A DNA stretch of 64,000 nucleotides. Origin: Carcharhinus amblyrhynchos. Its lineage: Eukaryota. This document shows positions 48,560-60,679 of the stretch, in pieces. Positions within the stretch are counted from its first letter, which is position 1. Each line of letters opens with the position of its first letter. Location: positions 620,001 to 684,000 of the forward strand of contig OZ336877.1 of NCBI GenBank assembly GCA_965287045.1, given 5' to 3'. The notes beneath the pieces are model-generated. The model was not told the DNA's origin. It ran no database searches and saw nothing but the letters and a program-made list of their open reading frames with translations. Both the position numbers and the translations under genes were made by a program.

Positions 48560-49140
48560 AGTCGTGAACAGCATGAAGGGTGATTTTATAATCTAACACT
48601 ATTCACTGATGATACGAACCTCCTGTGGCCTTGTGATGAGAAAAGTCAGGAAATATGATGAAGGGTTATAGTATTCGGGAAGAGTTTCTGGGTGAAAGTC
48701 ATCTTACGCCGTGGCATATAAACAAATTCACAGACGGTTTCCCACTCTGCCAGATGTGAAACAGACTAATGGTCTGCTGACTTCTTATCATCCGTTTTGT
48801 GATGCCTCCCAAGAAGAATTTCACCCTCCACGAGCCCAGAGGTTGTCAGTTTTGGGAAAGTGCTGACAATACACTCACGTTGCAGATTCCTGTTAGTTTT
48901 ACATATCCAAGCCCATGAAAGATTGCTTACTATATATGAACAGTACGAAGGATGATATTTGTAATTTACACAATTTACTGTGATACCAAGCTTATGTGGC
49001 CTTGTGATGAGAAAAGCCAGAGAATCAGGTGAAGTATTCAAAGATTCAGGAAGAGTTGGCAGGCTTCTTTGGCTGACCACAGAGTTTTTTGAGCTAAACT
49101 GAACTATAGAAGAGAAATGCAAAGGTGCTTTCATCAGCTT
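48560..49140 (+). mobile_element. Two tandem ancient CR1 RT fragments
   Basis: Repeated tgtggccttgtgatgagaaaag at about 48625 and 48995, each preceded by a FTDDT/KFADDTK-like stretch. LQEEL and KCKVLH-like remnants follow. Confidence 0.55.
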
Positions 49141-49192
49141 TATTGAAACAATATGTCAGTGAAGTCACATTGCTTTATCATTGTCTGGTAAT

Positions 49193-49500
49193 CGTGACGA
49201 TTATCACTTTAACAATAACAGGACAGAGTCAGCAAGCTTAAAGGAACACTTGGAATGAGAATGGTTGCTCACCCCAGGGTCTGAAGTCCCCCCCTGGACT
49301 GAAGACACGTGGAAGATATACGTGGATCACGACTGCTGATCGGCTGCTCTAGGGCAGCCGGGGATTGTTTGGGGGAGGGGGGGGAATGTGGAGTTTGTTG
49401 CTGGCCTTTGTACAGTTTTTCTTATGAATAAATATATTTTGTGTTCCTAACAAAGTCTGTGAATACGCATCATTACACCTGGCGACAAGGATGGGATGGA
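49193..49500 (+). mobile_element. Gypsy-type LTR with PBS
   Basis: aataaa at about 49427, end cattaca at 49477, then tggcgacaagga (49480-49491), a common gypsy PBS-like sequence. Confidence 0.6.
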
Positions 49501-50095
49501 TTATGGTGACACTGCCTCTGGCCTGACATCGGTGAGTATCCGGTTTTAATCGTCGTCTGAAGAAAAAATATCGATCTGACTGCCTCTCTTTGGCCGAGTG
49601 GACCCAATTGAGATGGTGAGATATTGTCAGAGCCGAAGGGACAGACATGGAATGAGCCTGGATTGGCCCATACAGTCAAGAGTTTAGAAACATATAGACA
49701 AAAAGAGAAAATAAATCTCAGAAGCAAGATCTGTGATTTTAAGGAAAATTGGAGTTGAAGAAAAGAGAGAAGAGAGCACAGAGAGTAGTGGTTGAGTGAA
49801 AAAGAATGAATTCTCTAACTAGCTGCAGTGAATTCTCCAGAAACATGGAAAACTGAGAAGGCTGAAAATCCAAGGCTCCCAATAGGAGCAGAGCCTGCCC
49901 TGGCAGCAATCACTGCACTAAGTTCTGGGGAGAAGAGAAGTCCTCAACATGATTAAAAACAAAGTTATGAAAGTAATGGCCCTTAGACCTCAAAAACATT
50001 GGATCTTAAATGAACTCGATAAACAGAAGCAGGACATCAAATGAAGAGGGGAAGTGATCTCCAAATGGTCTGAGGAAAGAAAGAGCTGCAGAGAT

Positions 50096-50405
50096 CACTG
50101 CCTCACAGCTCCAGGGACCTGGGTTTGATTCCCGGCTCGGCTCACTGCCTGTGTGGCATTTTCACATCCTCCCTGTGTCTGCGTGGGTTTCCTCCGGGTG
50201 CTCCAGTTTCCTCCCACGGTCCAAAGATACGCAGATTACGTTTATTGGCCACGCTAAATTGTCCATAGTGTCCCGGAAGTGTCGGTTAGAAGGATTCACA
50301 GGGTAAAAGTGTGGGATCGTGGGGAAAGGGCCCTGGGTGGGATTGTTATCGGTGCAGACTCAATGGGCCAAATGGCTTCCTTCTGCACTGTAAGGTTTCT
50401 ATGAG
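50096..50405 (+). mobile_element. HE1-type V-SINE
   Basis: cactgcctcacagctccagggacctgggtttgattcccggc, V-domain and tail. Confidence 0.9.
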
Positions 50406-51647
50406 GGAACTTTCCAATGAAATGTTAGAAGTTTTAAAATGTTTAAAAAAGGAGCAGTCAGGTTCACGCCAAAATGTCAAAAACACAGGAAAAACAAAGA
50501 GAAGTTGTTAAAATCTCAACAAAAAAAAATTACTGTCTCAAAGTGGTAATGCATTTAAAGAGGTAATACAATGTTCTGAAGGCAGCAACCACAAGAAGAG
50601 AAGCAAGTGATAAAAGACTGGAAAATTGGAGAAGAATAAAGATAGAGGACAACTCTCAAAAAAGGTCCATAAGCAGTGAAGACCCCAGGGTGGATGCAGC
50701 GGAACACCCCAGAAAGGTGGCAATGAAAGAACCCAGAAAGAGGGCAACGTAAGACAATAAATGCCCAATCGATGAGCAATGAGAGAATTGCAGGATGGAA
50801 ACAAGTTAACATTTTCCTCTGAGGCAGACCTGATCAGTGAAGCCAAAAGGGTCTGACTGAAGATAAGATAAAGAGAAATGTATAAAGGGAATCTGTAGCC
50901 GCTTGGGATACATCTGTGTGTCATGAACTGGGAGATACCACACAGGTCACCCTTACTGTCCTGGAATCATCCACTTGCACAGAAATTCAGAGTGGCCGTG
51001 GGTTTAAGTGTAACAGGGAGTTGGTGTCCTCCCATTCCACGTGGTACCAGCTTTTTGCAGGGTCTGGCAGAGATGCAGAGTTTGCCCCAACAAACGCAGC
51101 CTTTGACAGCGCTGCACCTCTGATATCTGTAGGTGTGATAACCAACATTGGATAACCCTCGGCTGGTACCGAAACCTCTACTGTGCTGCTCCGGAAGAGT
51201 GACAGGACAACATTCCCCTCCTAGCCCGATGCTGTGGCATGTCCAGGTCTCTGTTGCTGCTGTGTGCCAATGGGTAGGATAGCCAACTCAACAGCATCAA
51301 TGATTCTCCAGACAGAGAACATAGAAAACTACAGCACAAACAGGCCCTTTGGCCCACAAATTGCGCTGACCGTGAGAATCTGGTCCTTATAGACCAGAAA
51401 AGAAAACCACAGTGAGTTACAAGGGTCTGTGAGACAGTCCCAACCCTTCTCTCTCAATCCATCTGGCACTACCATCAAATGGCAGCGCACTCAGTTGATG
51501 TCTCAACACCATCCCTCACACCCTCCTCTCAGACGCTATCGCCCATTTCTACACTGGTCCCTGTCAACTCCAGTAGGATGCAGTGTGTGGACTCATCAGG
51601 ATTTCAGTAATACCCAAGTCCCCACAAAAAAACCTGGCATCGCACAG

Positions 51648-52560
51648 AAATATAGAAAATAGGTGAAGTAGGCCATTCGGCCCATCGAGCCTATACAACC
51701 CTTCAATATGTTCATGGCTGATCATGCACTTTCAGTTCCAAATCCCTTTCTTTCCAAACCCCTTGATCCTTTAACCGCGAGGGCCATGTCCAGCTCCCTC
51801 TTGAACATATCTAACAAACTGGCCCCAACGACTTCGTGTGGGGGAGAATTCCACATTTCACAACTCTCTGAATGAAGAAGTTCTTCCTCATCTCAGTCCT
51901 GAATGGCTTACCCCTTATTCTTAAAGCGTGGCCCCTTGTTCTGGACTTCCCCAACACTAGGAACATTCTCCCTGCATCTAGCCTTTCCAGTCCTAACAGG
52001 ATTTTATGTTTCTATGAGATCCCCTCTCGTTCTTCTCAATTCCAGTGAGTACAATCCAGTCGATCCAGTCTCTTCTCAGACGTCAGTCCCACCATTCCGG
52101 GAATCAGTCCGGTGAACCTTTGCTGGATTCCCCCAATAGCAAAAATGTCCTTCCTCAGACTAGGAGACCAAAACTGCAGACAGTACTCAGAGTGTGGCCT
52201 CACCAAGGCCCTGCGTACCTGCAGCAAGACATCCTTGTTGCTACACTCAACTCCTCTTGTTATGAAGGCCAGCGTCCGTTAGCTTTCCTCGCTGCCTGCT
52301 GTACCTGCATGCCAACCTTCAGTGACTATTCCACCATGACACCCAGATCATGTTACACTTTCCCTTTGCCTGAATTGCCACCATTCAGATAGTAATCTTC
52401 CTTCCTGTTCTTGCCAACAACATGGATAATCTCACATTTATCCACATTATAATGCATTTGCCAAATATTTCTGGACTCAGCTAGCCTGCCCAAATCAGCC
52501 TGCAACCTCCTCAGAGCACACACTGCCAGCCAGCTTAGTGTGCTCTGCAAATTTGGAGAT
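51648..52560 (-). mobile_element. CR1 RT C-terminus and 3' end
   Basis: LQADLGRLAE...WQMHYNVDKCEIIH and ALVRPHSEYCLQFWSP, with 3' UTR. Confidence 0.9.
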
Positions 52561-52564
52561 ATTG

Positions 52565-52838
52565 CAGTGGGTAGCACTGCTGCCTCATAGTGCCAGGGAT
52601 CTGGGTTCGATTTCTGGTTTGGGTCACTGTCTGTGTGGAGTTTGCACATTCCCCCCATGTCTGCATGGGTTTCCTTCAGGTGCTCTGGTTTTCTCCCACA
52701 GTCTGGAAGACGTGCTGGTGAGATGCATTGGCCATGCTAAATTCTCTCTCAGTGCACCTGAACAGGCCCAGAGTGTTGTGATTCAGGGATTTTCACAGTG
52801 ACTATATTGCAGTGTTAATGTAAGCATACTTCTAAGTA
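52565..52838 (+). mobile_element. V-SINE with HE1-like head and V-domain but an alternative 3' tail
   Basis: HE1-like up to ggccatgctaaatt, then ctctcagtgcacctgaacaggc...ttcacagtgactatattgcagtgttaatgtaagc. Confidence 0.85.
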
Positions 52839-52844
52839 ATTAGG

Positions 52845-55442
52845 ACATAGAACATAGTAAAGCCTACAGCACAAACAGGCCCTTCAGCCCACTAGTTGCG
52901 CTGAACATCTCTCTACCTACTAGGCTTACCTAGAACCCGCTATCTTACTAAGTCCCATGTACTCATCCAGAAGTCTCTTAAGAGACCCAATCGAATTTGC
53001 CTCCACCACCACTGCCGGCAGCCGATTCCACTCACCACCCTCTGAGTGAAAAACTTACCCCTGACATCTCCTCTGTACCTACTCCCCAGCACCTTAAACC
53101 CGTGTCCTCCTGTGACAGCCATTTCAGCCCTGGGAAATAGCCTCTGAGAATCCACTCGATCAATACCCCTCAACAGTTTATAAACCTCTATTAAGTCACC
53201 TCTCATCCTTCGTCTCTCTGAGGAGAAAAGACCGAACTATCTCAATTTATCTTCATAAGGCATGCCACCCAATCCAGGCAACATCCTTGTAAATCTCCTC
53301 TGCACCCTCTCAATAGCTTCCACATCCTTCCTGTAATGAGGCGACCACAACTGCACACAGTACTCCAAGTGGGATCTGACAAGGGTCTTATAAAGCTGTA
53401 GCATTATCTCCAGACTCCTAAACTCAATCCCTCAATTGATGAAGGCCAGTACACTGTACGCCTTCTTGACCACATCCTCTACCTGTGAAGCCGATTTGAG
53501 AGTCCTATGAACCCAGACCCCAAGATCCTTCTGATCTTCCACACTGCTAAGAGTCTTACCCTTAATATTATATTCCTTCATCCTATTTGAACTGTCAAAA
53601 TGAACCACCACACACTTATCCGTGTTGAAGTCCATCTGCCACTTCTCCGCCCAGTCTTGCATCCTATCTATGTCACGCTGCAATTTCTGACATCCCTCCA
53701 GACTATCCACAACATCTCCAACCTTTGTGTCATCGGCAAACTTACCAACCCATCCCTCCGCTTCCTCATCCAGATCATTTATAAAAATCACAAAGAGCAA
53801 GGGTCCCAGAACAGATCCCTGGGGCACTCCATTGGTGACTGACCTCCTTGCAGAAAAAGACCCATCCACAACCACACTTTGCCTTCTGTGGGCAAGCCAG
53901 TTCTGGGTCCACAAATCAACTTCCCCTTGGATCCTATGCCACCTCACTTTCTCAATAAGATTTGCATGGGGGACCTTATCAAACACCTTGCTGAAGTCCA
54001 TATAAACCACATCTACCATTCTTCCTTCATCAATGTGTTTAGTCACATCTTCAAAAAAACTCAACCAGGTTCGTCAGGCATGATCTGCCTTTCACAAAGC
54101 CGTGCTGACTATTTTTGATCATGCTATACTCCAAATGTTCATAAATCCTGTCTCTCAGGATCTTCTCCATCAACTTACCAACAACTGAGGTTCGACTCAC
54201 TGGTTGATAATTTCCTGGGCTATCTCTACTCCCTTTCTTGATTAAAGGAACCACATCCGCAATCCTCCAATCCTCCGGAACCACTCCCGTCTCCATCGAC
54301 GATGCAAAGATCATCGTCAGGGGCTCTGCAATCACTTCTCTCGCCTCTCGCAGTAACCTGGGGTACATCCCATCCGGTCCTGGCGACTTATCTACCTTGA
54401 TGCTTTTCAAAACCTCCAACACATCCTCTTTCTTAATGTCCACATACTCAAGCTTTTCAGTCTGCTGCAAGCCTGCAGTACAACCACCAAGATCCTTTTC
54501 CACTGGGAATACTGAAGTAAAGTATTCACTGAGCACCTCTGCTATATCTATTGGATCTATACAAACTTTCCCAGCGTCACATTTAATAGGTCCTATTCCT
54601 TCACATCTCATCTTTTTGCTCTCAACATTTTTGTAGAATGCCTTGGAGTTTTCCTTAATCTTACCCGCCAAGGCCTTCTCATGACCCCCTTCTGGCTTTC
54701 CTAATTTCCTTCTAAAGTTCCTTCCTCCAAGCCGCATACTCCTCTAGATCCCTAACATTACCCAGCTCCCTGAACCTTTTGTATGCTTTTCTTTTCTTTT
54801 TAACTAGATTCGTTACAACTTTCGTGCACCATGGTTCCCGTAACCTACCGAAACTTCCCTGTCTCATCAGAATGTTGTCGTGCAGAACTCCAGATGAGCA
54901 TTCCTTGAAAATCTGCCACCTTACTTCTGTACATTTCCCTGAGAAAACCTCCTTCCAATTTATGCCTCTAACTTCCTGCCTGATGGCTTCATAATTCCCC
55001 TTACTCCAGATAAACACTTGCTTAGCTTGTCTGATCCTATCTCTCTCCAATGCTAGCATAAAGGAGATAGAGTTATGATCGCTATCCCCAAAATGCTCTC
55101 CCACTGAGAGATCTGACACCTGTCCAGGTTCATTACTCAATACCAGATCGAGTACAGCCTCTCCTCTTGTAGGCTTATCCACATATTGTGTCAGGAAACC
55201 CTCCTTAACACACCTAACAAACTCCTCCCTGCCTGAACACCTTACCCTAAGGAAATTCCAATCAATACTTGGGAAATTAAAACCTCCCATCATGACAACT
55301 CTGTTATTATTACATCTCTCCAGGATCTGTTTCCCTTTCTGCCCCTCAATATCCCTGTTACTGTTAGGCAGCCTATAGAAAATACCCAGTTAAGTTATTG
55401 ACCCCTTCCTGTTCCGAACTTCCACCCACAGAGACTCGGTAA
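52845..55442 (-). mobile_element. Long CR1 LINE (2.6 kb: APE C-terminus, RT, 3' end)
   Basis: ESLWVEVRNRKGS, GGFNFPSIDW, PTRGEAVLDLVL, SDHNSISF, KSPGPDG, QHGFVKGRSCLTNL, VPQGSVLGP and KFADDTK in consecutive frameshifted ORFs. Confidence 0.95.
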
Positions 55443-55444
55443 CC

Positions 55445-56660
55445 TTTTTACAGTTAGAATCAGGTGAATTCATAATGGACAACAAAGAAATGGCAGAGCA
55501 GTTGAACAAATCATATGGATCTGTCTTCACTAAGGAAGATACAAATAACCTTCCCGAAACACTCAGAGACAGCTTATCGTGCATGGAAGGGGAACTGAAG
55601 GAAATCCTTATGAAGAGGAAATTGTATTAGAACGTAGAACATAGAACACTACAGCACAAACAGGCCCTTCGGCCCACGAGTTGCGCCGATCACATCAACA
55701 CATACCAATTTATAGACCTATCTATAACCCCCAATCCCATTAAACCCCATATACTCATCCAGAAGTCTTTTAAAAGACCCCAGCGAGTTCGCCTCCACCA
55801 CCACTGACGACAGCCGATTCCATTCACTCACCACCCTCTGAGTGAAAAACTTACCCCTAACATCACTTCTGTACTTGCCTCCCCGCACCTTCAATCTGTG
55901 CCCTCTCGTAGCGACCATTTCAAACCGGGGAAATAGCCTCTGAGAATCCACCCTATCTATTCCTCTCAACATTTTATAAACCTCTATCAGGTCGCCTCTC
56001 AACCTTCGTCTCTCCAGGGAGAAGAGACCCAGTTCCCTCAACCTAACTTCATAAGGCACGCCTCCCAGTCCAGGCAACATCCTTGTAAATCTCCTCTGTA
56101 CCCTTTCAATAGCTTCTACGTCCTTCCTATAGTGAGGCGACCAGAACTGCGCACAGTACTCCAAATGAGGCCTGACCAGGGTCTTATAAAGTTGCAGCAT
56201 TACCTCCCGATTCCTAAACTCAATCCCTCGATTAATGAAGGCCAGTACACCATACGCCTTCTTGACCACATCCTCCACCTGCGAGGCCGATTTAAGAGTC
56301 CTGTATTTAGGAAACTGCTGGGATTAAAACTCGCTAGGTCCCCAGGACTTGATGCTCTGCATCCCAAAATACTTAAGGAAGTGGGTCTAGAAATAATGGA
56401 TATATTGGTGATCGTTTTCCAGCATTCTATAGACGCTGGAAGAGTTCCATTGGATTGGAGGTACCTAATGTAACCTTTGTGAAAAAGAAGGGAGAGAGAA
56501 AACGGGGAATTATAGACCAGTTAGACTGAGATCAGCACTGGGGAAAATGCTGGAATTAATTATTAAGGACGTAATAACTGAGCATTTGGAAAGTGGTGAC
56601 AGAATCAGTCCAAAGTCACCATGGATCCGCTAAAGGGAAACGGTGCTTGACAAATCTTTC
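55445..56660 (+). mobile_element. CR1 internal fragment, interrupted by 55631-56301
   Basis: NKEMAEQLNKSYGSVFTKED...KLLGLKLARSPGLDALHPKILKEV...GNYRPV...KGKRCLTNL. Confidence 0.85.
55631..56301 (-). mobile_element. Young CR1 3' fragment with TSD
   Basis: Open ORF 55718-56278 (186 aa to the natural stop), flanked by tgtattag (55623-55630) and tgtatttag (56302-56310). Confidence 0.95.
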
Positions 56661-57744
56661 GACTATTATATAATCTCAACAAATAATTATTGATTTATTT
56701 TCATCCATACCAGAATGCAAAATATTCAAATGCTTGTTGGAAACTATAAAAAGTGAAACTAAATGCTTAGGAAGCTTTCCGTTCCTCATATTCATAATGG
56801 TGAGATCTAAGAAATGAGCAGAAAATTGTATAAACTATATATTAAAAGGATTGGGTCCGGTGTATGGCTATTGTGTTGTACGCGTGGCAAGGAGGAATGT
56901 GCTAATATATTATGAATAGCTGGGAGGCAGAAAAATTATAAACACGCAAAATTTCTAATGCATTTAGAGAATGTGTCCTCAGAGTGTGTTACCACAGTGA
57001 TTACTTTTCATGGTAGTGTATTTTCTCTTGCTCCAGTTTGTAACTAGATTGGGAAAAGGCTTGGCTAGAATATAAACACCAGCACAGAATAAACTGTATC
57101 AGCTCTGCAGATTGGATGAAAACATTCAAAATGTATTTTTAAAATGTAATTTTAACAATCAGCTTTCACACAAGTATTATCTTTCATGATTTAAAATGTT
57201 GATTAAGTTCCATCCATGCATTTAACATTCAAACCTTTATCACATTATCTCGTCTTACCTACACTGCTCCCAAGCTGCATTGCCTTGTTTCTTACAAATT
57301 GTTCTGCTAAGTGTAATTTTTAATGTTAAACTGATCTTTGATATATTACAATTTGGCAAATTTTCCCATGGAAAGAATTAATTTACTGAACCCAACCAAG
57401 CTCAATTAAATCCTGCACCTAGTAGAAAATTGTTTCTGCATTGTATTCCATGGTTACCATAGAAACGTGACTCTGCTTCAGACTTATTCACAAGTAATGT
57501 TTCCCTATTTTTCTCACCTCCGGTTAGCCAATGTGTTCGTACTGCCTGCCAGGATCGGAAGGATGTGATGGTCTAACATTCAAATAATTCGATATACATT
57601 GTTACTGAAGTTGACCAATTCTATCACGTTCAGTAACAGTCCCATGAACTCAATTATAATTTTAGGCGTTCTCAAAATCTCCGCCTTTAGAATTTCCCAC
57701 AGAACAAAGTGACAGGAAAAGCCTATCCTAGTTGCCATTGTTAC

Positions 57745-57880
57745 AGAATTATAGAATCCCTGACAGTGCAGAAAGGGGCCATTCAGCCCATTGAATTGAG
57801 CCTGCACCAGCAGCAATCCCATCCAGGCCCTTTTCCCGTAACCCCACACGTTTACCGCGCATATCTCCCTGACACCATGT
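57745..57880 (-). mobile_element. HE1 V-SINE 3' fragment
   Basis: agaatccctgacagtgcagaaaggggccattcagcccatt is the reverse complement of the HE1 tail. Confidence 0.8.
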
Positions 57881-57899
57881 TTCAGGAAGACTGTAATTG

Positions 57900-58600
57900 T
57901 TCAGAAACGAGTGCAGAGGAGGTTTACAAGAATGGTCAGTAACAAGTCTGACAACACCAGGTTAAAGACCAACATGTCTATTTGGTAGCACAATCTTTCG
58001 GAGAGCTGCAGCTTCTTCAGGCGAGTGAAGGAGAAACAACACTCCGAAAGTTTGTGCTGCCAAATAAACCTGTTGGACTTTAATCTGGTGTCGTGAGACT
58101 TCTTACTGTGCTTATCCCAGTCCAACGCCGGCATCTCCACATCATTATAAGGGGCTTGTCAGGACAAGAAAAGTGTAGCTTTGAGGAAAACTTGGATAGG
58201 TTGTGATTATTTTCCTTGGAACAGAGAAAGCTGAGAGATGACTTTGTTGAGGTGTACAAAATTACGATGGGAAGAGATGGAGTGGACAGGATAAAGTTTG
58301 TGCATGGGGCTGCTACCGAATGTGGTAGAATTGGTCGACTTCAGTAACGATGTATATTGAATTATTCGAATGTTAGACCACCTCATCCTGAAATACGGTG
58401 ACCAGAACGACACAAAATCCTTCAGTTGTGGCCTCACCGGTGTTTTATACAATTCCAATATTATATCCTGACTTGAATATTCTATACCTCTGCCAATAAA
58501 GGAGTGCATTCCATGTGCCTTCTTTATAATCTTACCTACTTGAACTGCTACCTTTAGGGACCTGTATACTTGTATACCAAGATCTCTCACTGTGCTCTAC
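57900..58600. mobile_element. Old CR1 fragments: plus strand 57900-58300 (split by the hairpin element) and minus strand 58375-58600
   Basis: RVQRRFTRM and LFSLEQRKLRDDFVEVYKI on plus. RDLGIQVYRSLK...ELYKTPVRPQL on minus. Confidence 0.75.
57937..58144. mobile_element. Palindromic PLE-type short element with hammerhead-like cores
   Basis: Arms 57937-58021 and 58026-58108 are imperfect reverse complements. Minus strand CTGAAGA-agctgcagctctcc-GAAAG. Tail cccagtccaacgccggcatctccacatcat. Confidence 0.8.
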
Positions 58601-58789
58601 ATACAGAACATTGGTAGAAGTACAGAAGCTGAACTTTGCTCCACATATAACACAACCTCAATAGAAATCATTTCTACATTATATACTCATGGACAAATGT
58701 GTCCAGATATTGGGTTTTCGGATTGAATACCCTCTTCATCTGAATGGTAATAATATTGGCAGATATGGCCCCTTTCATGCTTTGGTTTA

Positions 58790-59710
58790 CTCTTTCATGG
58801 GGTATTAATGTAGCTAGCTTTTATTGCCTATGACAAGAGATACCTTCATAGTGCTTTTAGGGATGGATTTCCAAGATTTTGATCAGATAGCAGGGAAGGA
58901 ACAATGATATAATTCCAGGTCAGGAGGGTGTGTGATTTGGAGGGAAAATTGCAGGTGACTTTGTCTTTCTCGGTGATAAAGGTTATGGTTTTCGAAGGTG
59001 CTGTTGAAGGAGGCTGGATGAGTTGCTGCAGTGCATCTCGTACTTGGTATACGCTGCTGCTATGGTGTGCCAGCGGTGGAGGGAGTGAATGTTTAACATG
59101 GTGGATCGAGTGTTCAGCAAGCAGGCTGTTTTATCCTTTGTGATGTTAGGCTTCTTGTGTGATGTTGGAATTGCATTCATTCAGGCAAATGAAGAGTATT
59201 CCATCATATTCCTGACCTTTACCTTGTAGATGGTGGACAAGATTTAGGGAGTCAGGAGGCAAGTTTTTTTGCCACAGAATTCCTTTGCTTCTGACCTCTC
59301 TTGTAGACATTTACATCGATGATCCATTCATGTTTCTGGTTAATGATAACACCCCCACACAAAAAAAATGTTGATGGTGGGAGATTCAGTCATGGAAATG
59401 TTATTGAATGTTATCTGGTGAGATTCTCCCTTGTTGGAGATAGTTATTGTCTGACATTTACATGGCACAAATGTTACTTGCCACGTATCAGTTCAAGACT
59501 GAATGTTGCCGAGGTCTTGTTGCCATGCAGACGTGGACTGTTTCAGTGACTGAGGGTTTATGCAATCATCAGTGAACGTTTCCACTCTTCCTGAAGAAAA
59601 GATGATTGATGAAGTAGCTGAAGATTGTTGGGTCTGGGACAGTACCCTGAAACAATATCCTGGGGTTGAGGTAATGGGCACCCAGCAACCACAACCGTCT
59701 CTACGCAATA
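58790..59710 (-). mobile_element. CR1/L2-superfamily LINE 3' fragment, same family as 28872-29635
   Basis: Reverse complement aligns by eye to 28872-29635 (ttgtccaccatctacaaggtaaaggtcagga, ccacaccctcctgacctggaatt-like stretch). Confidence 0.75.
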
Positions 59711-60679
59711 TCACTCATTCATACTTAAAACCAGGACTCGGAGCAGCTATTTTAGCATTCAAAGGGAAATAAATCTGCTCGAAACACAAAACATGTGTCA
59801 GAAAAGGCCTGCTGAGTTTTTCCAGCATTTTCTGTTTTGATTTCAGAATGGACCTGTTACTTTTAACCCCCTTTTTTGCCTCAAGTGTATTATACCGGTA
59901 TATGGCTCGGAGCTGAGAATCTCCCACCTCTGCTTTGCTTAGAGTTGACAGACCAGCATTTGTGCCATCTCTCTCCCTTCATGCCATCGAGAAGTGCACA
60001 GAAAACAATTTTTATTCAGTTAATTCACCTTGTCTTCCTTGGCTAGTCATTGCTACCTTTCAGAACGAGTTTGGTGAAATTATTTCCTGGGATAAACCTG
60101 ACAGTCAAACTTAGATCTCTCAGTTAAGAGTCCAGTGCCCTAGGGTTAAAACAACCTCTTCAGAACACATACAAAATTAACTGGATCACATATTCAATCG
60201 TAAAATAACAAAACTGAAATCCTGACAAGAAGGTTTTTGTTCAAAATTGCAATTCTGTGAATACCAGACTGAGTTAATATTTCCTCTTGAACGATTTACC
60301 TGCTTGGACCAGGCTGAATGGGAGTGAAAGAGACAGGAAAACACTGAGAACCTTCCTTCACAGTTCAACCAAACTTACTGGGAAAATAAACAAGAGCAGC
60401 ACAGATGGTAATTATGGAAATGGCAATGGTTTTGACTTAGCAATGGGCCAAATACTGATGAAGGAGGCCGTTAACAGTAAGGGCAACATTTTCCATTCTG
60501 CATACTAAGTGCAGAGGCTGGCATGGAAAATGACATTTTTCCTGCCGGCTGCAGTGGTGTATTTTCAGGCAATGTCATACACTTGAGAGCTAATTGAATA
60601 TTCATCGACGTGAACCTCACCCGGTTGCCAGCGGGCAATGTGACCTCACTGCTTCCTCACTCTGGGCACCATTTTTTTA

